A stretch of DNA of 64,000 bases, from NCBI GenBank assembly GCA_964505305.1, contig CAZDHE010000001.1, positions 95,967 through 159,966 of the forward strand, given 5' to 3'. Under the pieces are notes generated by a model. That model made no database searches. It was not told the DNA's origin and saw only the letters and a program-made list of their open reading frames with translations. How positions within the stretch are numbered: position 1 is the stretch's first letter; each line of letters begins with the position of its first letter. The position numbers and the translations under genes were made by a program. Origin of the DNA: an uncultured Bdellovibrionales bacterium. GTDB lineage: Bacteria; Patescibacteriota; Minisyncoccia; Moranbacterales; DUUL01. Shown one piece after another: positions 9,525 through 17,218 of the stretch.

Positions 9525-10505
9525 TTATTTAAAGTATTTCTCTTTTTTTAGATTATAACTTACTTCTTCGGATACTTTGCGATTAGAGCGGATCATATCG
9601 GCTATTAAGGCAAATACCAATAATTGAATGCCAAGCAACAGGGAAATGGAGCCGAAGAAGACATAATTAAGATAAGGGGAAATCTTAAAATTTTGTATAT
9701 AATTTAGAAAGAAAAAACCATAACTGATTAAGGCCACAAAAATAAAAAACAAGCCCGGCCAGCCAAAAAATTTTAGGGGGCGCACATCTCGAATAGCCTT
9801 TAGAATAATTTTAAAGGAGTTATTAATGAACTTCCAAATGGATTTGGTCATTTTAGACTCCCTGTCTTCAAAATAAGTTACTTTTACCGGCACCCATTGA
9901 AGTTTTAAGTTCTTCCCGATAGCGTCTATAATAGTTTCTTGGGTGTAAGTAAAAACGCTGGCTATATTTAGCCTTAACATTGTTTCTCTGTTGTGAGCTC
10001 GAAATCCGCAAGTGAGGTCATCAATTTTATGATTCAAGAAAAATCCAATAATTCCGGCGGCAAAGCGATTTAAAAAATCTTTAATCCAAGGAATATCTTT
10101 AGCTTCATGCTTGCCAAATCTATTAGCAATAGTCATATCGGTTTTTCCTTCCAAGATGGGTTGAATAAGCTTGGGTATATCTTCGGGGTCGAATTGGCCG
10201 TCTGCGTCAATGTTAACCATAATATCAGCCCTTTGCTTCAAGGCGTTTTCCAGCCCGGTTTTGAAGGTGATTCCCAATCGGCGGTTAGTTTCGTGGGAAA
10301 TAACTATGTCGGCTCCGGATTTTTTGGCTAATTCGGCTGTTTTGTCCGCAGAGCCATCATCAACCACTTGAATAAGTTTTTTTTCAAAAACTTGCCCCGA
10401 TTTTTTTTTGTAAAAATCGCTTTCAAAACTCTTTTTAATTCTTTGAATAGTTTTTCCTATAGCTTTTTCTTCATTGTAGGCAGGTATGTTTACAATCAAG
10501 ATCAT
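9525..10505 (-). CDS. GT2 family polyprenyl-phosphate glycosyltransferase (DPM1/ArnC/GtrB-like)
   Basis: GT-A fold with PAYNEE near the N-terminus and the DxD region VVDDGSADKT. Two C-terminal TM helices are typical of Dpm1/GtrB-type enzymes. Confidence 0.8.
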   Translation of the reverse strand: MILIVNIPAYNEEKAIGKTIQRIKKSFESDFYKKKSGQVFEKKLIQVVDDGSADKTAELAKKSGADIVISHETNRRLGITFKTGLENALKQRADIMVNIDADGQFDPEDIPKLIQPILEGKTDMTIANRFGKHEAKDIPWIKDFLNRFAAGIIGFFLNHKIDDLTCGFRAHNRETMLRLNIASVFTYTQETIIDAIGKNLKLQWVPVKVTYFEDRESKMTKSIWKFINNSFKIILKAIRDVRPLKFFGWPGLFFIFVALISYGFFFLNYIQNFKISPYLNYVFFGSISLLLGIQLLVFALIADMIRSNRKVSEEVSYNLKKEKYFK

Positions 10506-10529
10506 TTTTTAAAATTATTATTTATAAAA

Positions 10530-11816
10530 TTAATGCCTTCCGATGCCGTGGTAGAGAATGCCGAACTTTTTAATTTTTTCTCCGTCCAAAGAATTCATTC
10601 CGTCTACCACCACTTTAATATTTTTTCCTTTAATTTTTTCTTCAACGCCTTTAAAATCATTATGATTAGTGATTAACAACAAAGCTTGGGATTTGTCAAT
10701 TAATTCGTCCAGACTTTTAACATCAGAGTCTTGAGGTAGGTAAGGATCAAACTTAATTGATCTGGCCCCCTTTTTTTCTAATTCTTCCAATATTTTGAAC
10801 ACGGGGGACTCGCGCAAGTCGTCTATATTAGCTTTATAGGAAAGCCCCAAGATGCCTACCCCGGTATTTTTTAAAGGCATTTCGGCTTCATTTAAAAGGT
10901 CTTGTAGTAGCTTGACCGTATAAAAAGGCATATAATTGTTGATTTCTCGAGCGGCTTTTAGAAATTTATGGCTAAAACCTTTTCTCTTGGCTTGTTCGAT
11001 TAAATAATAAGGATCCACCGGGATGCAGTGCCCCCCGACTCCTCTGCCCGGATAGTGGGCCATAAAAGCAAACGGCTTAGTGGCAGCTCCATCGATAACA
11101 TCTTTAACGTCTATTTCCATTTGATCGAAGCTTTGGGCCAATTCATTTACGAAAGCTATGTTGATATCCCTAAAAGAGTTTTCCACAACTTTAACCGCTT
11201 CAGCCTCCCGAATATATTTCATCGGTTTTATTTTCCCGTCGATAATGGATTCATAAAAAGATTTGGTTTTTGATAGTCCCTTTTGAGACATTGAGCCCAC
11301 CACTCTGGAAATATTGCTTACATCCCATTTTTTGTTTCCGGGGTCTATTCTTTCCGGACAGTGGGATAAGTAATAATCCCGACCTTCTTCCAGCCCTTCT
11401 CTTTTAAAGATGGGCTCTATTACCTCTTCGCAAACTCCGGGATTGATAGTGGATTCCATAATAACCAGTCGTCCCGGCTTGTGATTTTTGATGGCGGTTC
11501 TAATCGCCCCTTTGACCGGCTTAAGGTCGGGGTAATAGTCTTTGTCTATCGGGGTGGGAACACAAATAACCAAGATGTCGGCATCTTGGATAACCTCAGA
11601 GTTGTCTGAAACTTTTAATTGTTTCAAGAATTTTTTGCGTTTTTCAATAAATTCTTCAATAAAAGGACTTTTTCCCTGCTTAATCTTTTCTATTTTTTCC
11701 GGACTTAGATCAAATCCGGATACGGAATAACCCTTTTCTGCGCAAAGAACAGCCAAGGGAAGGCCTACATATCCAAGTCCTATTATTCCCACCTTTTCTT
11801 TTTTTTGTTCAGTCAT
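10530..11816 (-). CDS. UDP-glucose/GDP-mannose dehydrogenase family (nucleotide-sugar 6-dehydrogenase, WecC/Ugd-like)
   Basis: Rossmann N-terminus KVGIIGLGYVGLPLAVLCAEKGYSVSGFD and the catalytic region GGHCIPVDPYYL are present. The length is 428 aa. Confidence 0.85.
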   Translation of the reverse strand: MTEQKKEKVGIIGLGYVGLPLAVLCAEKGYSVSGFDLSPEKIEKIKQGKSPFIEEFIEKRKKFLKQLKVSDNSEVIQDADILVICVPTPIDKDYYPDLKPVKGAIRTAIKNHKPGRLVIMESTINPGVCEEVIEPIFKREGLEEGRDYYLSHCPERIDPGNKKWDVSNISRVVGSMSQKGLSKTKSFYESIIDGKIKPMKYIREAEAVKVVENSFRDINIAFVNELAQSFDQMEIDVKDVIDGAATKPFAFMAHYPGRGVGGHCIPVDPYYLIEQAKRKGFSHKFLKAAREINNYMPFYTVKLLQDLLNEAEMPLKNTGVGILGLSYKANIDDLRESPVFKILEELEKKGARSIKFDPYLPQDSDVKSLDELIDKSQALLLITNHNDFKGVEEKIKGKNIKVVVDGMNSLDGEKIKKFGILYHGIGRH

Positions 11817-12068
11817 TTAAATTTTTAATTAGTTAAAGCGTTAATCTTATTTTGATTTACAACAATGATTTATAACAATAACACAATAAATTAATTTCTC
11901 AATGAGGCTGTTTTCAAACACCATTTCGTTACAAAATTTAGTAAAAAAGGTGGAATTGTAGCGGGAACGGCGTTTGGAAACAGCCCCTCAATAAAACTGT
12001 TTTTGAATTATTTTCCACACCGCTAATAATAATTTATCCTTGTCAGTATTAAGCGATTAAAAGTCAAA

Positions 12069-12095
12069 TAAAAAAACCATCAAAAACCTTTTGAT
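12069..12095 (-). terminator. Rho-independent terminator downstream of the 832-aa gene
   Basis: On the minus strand the sequence reads atcaaaaggtttttgat (7-bp stem) followed by ggttttttt. Confidence 0.5.
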
Positions 12096-12143
12096 TTCAT
12101 CAGGACATCTTTGTCATTAAGCAAAATAAAGCTTTTTTGAAGC

Positions 12144-14642
12144 TTAATACTTAAAAACCAATAAATTATCTTCCTTATCTACAATATAAAACTTTTTTTG
12201 GTTAAAATCAACCTGAAAATCCTTGGATTTCTTAAATTTGTCATCGGCAAAGGATTCTAAAAAGTCTCCATTGTCTGTATCGAATTTTACTATTTTGCCA
12301 TTATCCTTGTCTAAAACAAAGAAGCTTTCTGCATCTACTCCCGCTTTAACCTTGAAGGGGGTGAATTCTTCCTCGGTCAAAGATGCCTTAAACATTTCTT
12401 TGCCTTGAAAGAATTTTGAAACAAATCCATCTTCAAAGGCAATGTAGATGGAGTCGCTCACGCTTATGTCTATCGCTTTTTCTATTTTTATAGGATTATC
12501 AAGCCATTTTACAGGACTTCCGAATCCGCCCGATGAGCGAGGGTAGCGATAAATCTGCCCGTCTTCTTTGTTGGGCAAGTATAAATATGTCAAATAAGTG
12601 CCCACTCCTTTGGAGTTGTCAAATCCAAAAGGTAGAGATATTCGATTGCTAAAAAAATTACCAGTTACCGGACTATAAGAAAAAATAGCCTCTTCAGATA
12701 CAACGAAGACAAGTTGCAGGGAAGGGATAGCGGCCAAGTAGCGAGGATTTTCAGCTTCCTCCGGCAGGGATATCTTAGTCTGGTTGTTTTCCGAGGGATT
12801 GAATTGAATGAGTTGGTCGTTCTCTGTCAAAAAAAATAAAATTCCTTCCATTTGAGTGGAGTTTTTAATTTTTTCTTTAAAGCTGGCAATCTGAGAAAGA
12901 TTATCCAATTGCTCTCCTACGTCCTTGACGGGTGTTTGCTTCTCGGAAGGGTTGTCGGCTTGGTTATGGGAGGGGTTTGATTTAGGGAAAAAATTTACTG
13001 CCAAGGCGGATACAACGCCCGCTAAAATAACAAACGAGACAGTAATAATAATTTTCTTTTTTCTTGTGTTAAGGCTTTGGTTCAATTTAGCCCAAAAAGA
13101 AGTGTTTTTAAATTTACTCCATAATGTTGAAAAATAACTTAACATTTTTTTTGGGTTAGCTTTTTTAAACTTACTGTTTATTATTGTTTTTAATTTTTCG
13201 AGGGAAACACTCTTTTTGGCTAATTTTTTTTCTGAATCTTTATTAAAAAAAGCAGCTATTTTATCCTTTTTGGCAGAAGCAGCCTTTTCACTTTTAGTTA
13301 CGGAAAAGCTTTTCTCCTTCTTTTCTTCTTGCTTTTCTTCATCCCTTTTGTCCTCGCCCTTTCCATTTCTTATTTTTTCGAAAAAATTTTGTAAAGCGTT
13401 TTTTGCTTGAGAATAAAGCCGGCAAAAGAGAGCTTGAATTTTTTTAAGCAAAAGAGTTGTTTTTTCGGTTAGGGATTTAAAGAAATTTTTAAGGCTAATT
13501 TCTTGAAAAAAAGATGATGCGCTTTTGCAAAGGGAGTCTTTTTTTTCTGTAATTTTATCCTTAATATCCCTAAATAAATCAGGCTTTAAGCGTTCTTCTT
13601 TTTCTTGCAACTCTTTTTCCAGGTCTTCCGGAAAGTCTTTTTCTTTAAGGTGAATTTCAGGCTCCTTTTCAAAGGGAGGTATGTCTTGATCGTATTCTTC
13701 TTGAGGGACTTCTTCTTTTTGTGTGCTTGGTTCTTCACCGGCCTCATCTTTCTTTTCTTTTATTAGACTTTCCATGTCTTCCTGCTCCACTAAGGTTTCC
13801 TGAAAATTATCTTGTTGATGAATTTCTTCTTTTTTCATATTTACCTGAGAGGATTTTTCTTTTTCGGTTTTTCCGAAAAAGTTTACATCTTTTTCTGATT
13901 TGGAGGTCTTTTCCGGAGAGTAATCTTTTTCTTCGGTTGGAAGCTTTTTTTCTTTAATATTGACGACAACTCCTCCCGTTTGATCTCCATCTGATTGAAG
14001 AGTAGAGCTTAGTATGTTGTCAAATTCATCTGAAGTGAAGGTTTTGGAGTGTCTTTCCATTTCCTCTTGAGAGAGAAACTCCAGGGCGTTTTCCGGGATA
14101 AGAATGATTTTGTCTCCGGGAAACAGTTTTCCTGAGGAGATACTGGAAAAGGTTTTAATGGGATGGGTGATGGAGTTTTGGTTTTCGTTGGGAGTAATAT
14201 CGGATAATTTTTTATCTCTCAAAAGAAGAACTTTTGCCCTGCCAACTTGGACAAAATGAAATTCTTCATTTTTAATTACTCCGATTGCGGCATTAAACCC
14301 GCCCATCCATTCGATTATTTCATGCTGAGCTAAGTCTGTTAGGGCTAAGTTGGCCTTGTGAAGAGCTTTTTCAAAACTTTCTCCGGTTTCTTGTTTGGGC
14401 GCTTTGAAAAATTCTCTTTTAATAACCTGGGTTAAGAGATTGGGAATGTATTCGGAATTTTTGCTGTGGTTTTCCACTTGGATGACACCAAAAACTTGCC
14501 CCAGTTTATTCTGGGCTACATTTTTACCTTCTAACTTGAATACATTTAAAAACGGCCTATGATCGGGATTTTTTACTGCGGTGACTTCGAAAGAATCCGC
14601 TTCGAGCAAGCTTTGCCCTTTCTCTTGGTTGGCTTTTTTCAT
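12144..14642 (-). CDS. Multidomain membrane protein: degenerate PP2C-like N-terminal domain, K/E-rich low-complexity linker, one TM helix and a beta-rich C-terminal domain
   Basis: The N-terminal 230 aa align to PP2C phosphatase motifs (FNAAIGVIKNEEFHFVQVGRAKVLLLRDKKLSDIT; LFPGDKIILIPENALEFL). The metal-binding Asp positions are replaced (GDSR to GRAK, SDGL to IPEN). The TM helix is IIITVSFVILAGVVSALAVNFF. The C-terminal 270 aa carries repeated aromatic/Gly/Asp beta-strand motifs. Confidence 0.55.
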   Translation of the reverse strand: MKKANQEKGQSLLEADSFEVTAVKNPDHRPFLNVFKLEGKNVAQNKLGQVFGVIQVENHSKNSEYIPNLLTQVIKREFFKAPKQETGESFEKALHKANLALTDLAQHEIIEWMGGFNAAIGVIKNEEFHFVQVGRAKVLLLRDKKLSDITPNENQNSITHPIKTFSSISSGKLFPGDKIILIPENALEFLSQEEMERHSKTFTSDEFDNILSSTLQSDGDQTGGVVVNIKEKKLPTEEKDYSPEKTSKSEKDVNFFGKTEKEKSSQVNMKKEEIHQQDNFQETLVEQEDMESLIKEKKDEAGEEPSTQKEEVPQEEYDQDIPPFEKEPEIHLKEKDFPEDLEKELQEKEERLKPDLFRDIKDKITEKKDSLCKSASSFFQEISLKNFFKSLTEKTTLLLKKIQALFCRLYSQAKNALQNFFEKIRNGKGEDKRDEEKQEEKKEKSFSVTKSEKAASAKKDKIAAFFNKDSEKKLAKKSVSLEKLKTIINSKFKKANPKKMLSYFSTLWSKFKNTSFWAKLNQSLNTRKKKIIITVSFVILAGVVSALAVNFFPKSNPSHNQADNPSEKQTPVKDVGEQLDNLSQIASFKEKIKNSTQMEGILFFLTENDQLIQFNPSENNQTKISLPEEAENPRYLAAIPSLQLVFVVSEEAIFSYSPVTGNFFSNRISLPFGFDNSKGVGTYLTYLYLPNKEDGQIYRYPRSSGGFGSPVKWLDNPIKIEKAIDISVSDSIYIAFEDGFVSKFFQGKEMFKASLTEEEFTPFKVKAGVDAESFFVLDKDNGKIVKFDTDNGDFLESFADDKFKKSKDFQVDFNQKKFYIVDKEDNLLVFKY

Positions 14643-14785
14643 AATAAAGTTTTTTATTTTCAGCTTGGTTTGATTATAAAATAGAATGAAAAAAAAATAA
14701 AGAATGCTTGGATAAAATTTTTCTTTTCGGAAAATGTTGAATCAGGGAAGTTGTTTCAAAAAAGCAAAGAGTTGTTTAATGCAAG

Positions 14786-15409
14786 CTATAAAAGAGAGGA
14801 TTGAGTAGATCTTTTTTCTTTTGGCGGCTCCTGTTTTTTATCCTTCTTGATTATCTCCAAGACTTTTGGTATTTTGCCAAAATCTTGCGCCAAAGTGCTT
14901 TTGAGATTGCCGTTATATAAAGCTGCCGCGGGGTGATAGCAAGGAAAAAATACCATTTTACCAAAGGGCGGAAATTCCTTGCGCAAAGCGCGCCCGTGGT
15001 GCCGGGTGATACTTGCCTTAGGTAGAAATCTTTGCAAACTGTGGCGCCCCAGCAAAACTATTAATTCCGGTTGAATTATAGAAATTTGTTTTTCCAGCCA
15101 TGGCCAGCAGGTTCTAACTTCGGCCGGCAGAGGATCCCGGTTTCCCGGCGGACGGCATTTAACTACGTTGGTAATATAAACATCTCCTCTTTTTAGGTTA
15201 TTTTGTTGCAGCATTTCATCCAAAAGCCTCCCGGCGGCTCCCACAAATGGTCGGCCTTGTAAATCCTCATTTTTGCCCGGCCCTTCTCCGATAAACATAA
15301 TTTCTGCCTTCGGGCTGCCTTCTCCGGGAACTGCGTAAGTTCTGCCAGCGGACAATTGACAGGATTGGCAAGATTTTATTTCTTTTTCTAATTCTTGCAG
15401 GGAAGTCAT
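14786..15409 (-). CDS. Uracil-DNA glycosylase, family 4
   Basis: The family signature [50 protein letters not shown] matches throughout. Confidence 0.85.
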   Translation of the reverse strand: MTSLQELEKEIKSCQSCQLSAGRTYAVPGEGSPKAEIMFIGEGPGKNEDLQGRPFVGAAGRLLDEMLQQNNLKRGDVYITNVVKCRPPGNRDPLPAEVRTCWPWLEKQISIIQPELIVLLGRHSLQRFLPKASITRHHGRALRKEFPPFGKMVFFPCYHPAAALYNGNLKSTLAQDFGKIPKVLEIIKKDKKQEPPKEKRSTQSSLL

Positions 15410-15411
15410 TT

Positions 15412-15723
15412 TTAATCAATTTTATATTTAGAATTTCTTTTATCGGAAACCTTATTGAACTTTTCCTTTACTAAGTCCGATAGGGAATAACCCAGCCTGG
15501 TGCAGAGCAAGTCCGCATAGCCGACTACGTCGGCCACTTCCTCGGCAATATCTTTTTTGTCTATTTCTTCGCCTCGGCGGAGCTTTTTTATCTTGTTGCA
15601 GGCTTCGCCGCACTCGCCGGCCATAGCATTGCCCCAGTCCGAATAAGACCAGTCTTCCAGGTTGTGAAAAACCTCATTGCAACGCTTGGCGTTGAGTTCG
15701 GAAAATTTTTCGAAGTCAAACAT
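15412..15723 (-). CDS. MazG-like nucleotide pyrophosphohydrolase (all-alpha NTP-PPase)
   Basis: 103 aa with EE/ExxD acidic metal-binding pairs (AGECGEACNKI...EEVADVVGYADLL) typical of small MazG/HisE-like NTP-PPases. The 4-bp start/stop overlap with the UDG gene suggests translational coupling. Confidence 0.6.
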   Translation of the reverse strand: MFDFEKFSELNAKRCNEVFHNLEDWSYSDWGNAMAGECGEACNKIKKLRRGEEIDKKDIAEEVADVVGYADLLCTRLGYSLSDLVKEKFNKVSDKRNSKYKID

Positions 15724-15797
15724 TAAAGTTTCTTAAAAATTATCAAAGATTATTTGCATTTTCATCAAGATGGAAAAAGTTGCTTTTTTGAATTAAA

Positions 15798-15886
15798 GTC
15801 AAATCTCAAATCTCAAAAGTCAAAACCACAACTAAAAACTTAAAGTCGAACAGTTTTTAGTTTTAGCCTGTGTTTTGAGATTTGAG
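15798..15886. terminator. Long imperfect stem-loop (roughly 90 nt) between the nfo and MazG-like genes; candidate terminator or structured RNA
   Basis: ctcaaatctcaaaa (15805-15818) pairs with ttttgagatttgag (15873-15886) and caactaaaaact (15829-15840) with agtttttagttt (15852-15863), around the loop taaagtcgaac. It includes a tandem tcaaatc x2. Confidence 0.35.
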
Positions 15887-15921
15887 TTCACTTTATACTT
15901 TAAGGAAAATTGAGGGTTAAT

Positions 15922-16770
15922 TTACTTAAGAAATTCCAGAGTGGTCTTAATATCCTTTTTTATCTTATCATGCTTGGTCTCCAAATACAAATTGATGCCC
16001 AGTTCCTTAGCTTTTCTTGCTACAGCTTTTAATCCGATTTCGCCGATTTCGCCTTGCCCGATGTGTTCATGGCGATCTATGTGAGAATCTAAAGTGCTCT
16101 TGGAATCGTTAAAATGAATACAGTTTAGCTTTTTTAGTCCTATTTCTCGGTCTATTTCTTGGAAAGTTTCTTGAACCGCCTCCGGCGTTCTCAGGTCTTT
16201 TCCGGCCGCAAAAGCATGGCAAGTGTCAAAACAAAAACCAAGCTCTATTTTCGACTTGCCGGCTTCTTTTAAAAAATAAGAAAATTCCTCCAAATTATCT
16301 CCTATGATGCTTCCGCTTCCGGCGGCAATTTCAAGGCTTAAAACAGCTCTCCCTCGGTAGTCTTGTAGAACTTCCTTCAAGCCTTTAATAACCCTTTTTT
16401 TAATAGCTGGCCAATTTTCGTTTTTGTCCAGATCTTTTGAACTCCCCAAGTGAGTGATTACATAAGGACATTTTATTTGATTGGCTATTTCCAATTCTTC
16501 TTTTAAGACGCGGATAGAGCTTTTGTAAATTTTTTCTTCCCGGCTGGCTAAATTGATATAGTAGGGAGTGTGAATTATATAATCTTTGCCGATATTGAAA
16601 TTGTATTTTTTGCACTCATTAAAAAATTTTTGTTCGTCAATTTCTTTTCTTTTGCCTCCCCGGGGAGAACGGGTGAAAATTTGAAAACATTCGCATCCAA
16701 GAATTTGGGCGTTTCCGGGTGCATTTTCCACTCCGCCGGCAATGGAGACATGGGCACCAACTTTAGTCAT
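15922..16770 (-). CDS. nfo: Endonuclease IV (AP endonuclease family 2)
   Basis: N-terminus MTKVGAHVSIAGG with a conserved His/Asp/Glu metal-site pattern (ITHLGS, CFDTCHAFAAG, LHLND-like). The length is 282 aa. Confidence 0.9.
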   Translation of the reverse strand: MTKVGAHVSIAGGVENAPGNAQILGCECFQIFTRSPRGGKRKEIDEQKFFNECKKYNFNIGKDYIIHTPYYINLASREEKIYKSSIRVLKEELEIANQIKCPYVITHLGSSKDLDKNENWPAIKKRVIKGLKEVLQDYRGRAVLSLEIAAGSGSIIGDNLEEFSYFLKEAGKSKIELGFCFDTCHAFAAGKDLRTPEAVQETFQEIDREIGLKKLNCIHFNDSKSTLDSHIDRHEHIGQGEIGEIGLKAVARKAKELGINLYLETKHDKIKKDIKTTLEFLK

Positions 16771-17218
16771 AATCGGTAAAGGTTAGATTTCGTTATTATA
16801 TCAAAATTATACAATCAAAATAAAAACGCAGCAAGCAAAAAGGCGGTCAAATCAAAGTTTAATTGTTCTTTATTGCAATTTCGTTTTGTTAAACTTGTTA
16901 TTTAGTCTAAAAAATCTCTCTATCTGGAACTATTGGGAAAGATTGAAGCGTAGTTCTTTTTCAGCGGGATTCTTTAATTAGGTTGAACAAGATGAGAAAC
17001 ATTTTAGACATAGGTTTGATTTATGTTATTATTTATGCTATTCTAATTTGAGATTTATTGGGCGGATTCGAAGAAATTTTTCTGAAATCAACAATTTAAA
17101 ACAGCGCCAAGTCCTATTTTAAAGGCTTTTTTCAAATTAATTTTCTATGCCGAGACTTGGTTTTGAAAATAATTCAAAAAAAGAAAATCTCTAAATCTTA
17201 ATTTTTTGTCTTTTAAAG

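Noticed and set aside
15798-15830. CRISPR array (short tandem tcaaatc / ctcaaa units)
   Set aside because: There are only two adjacent heptamer copies with no spacers. They form part of one arm of a hairpin. There is no repeat-spacer periodicity anywhere in the window.
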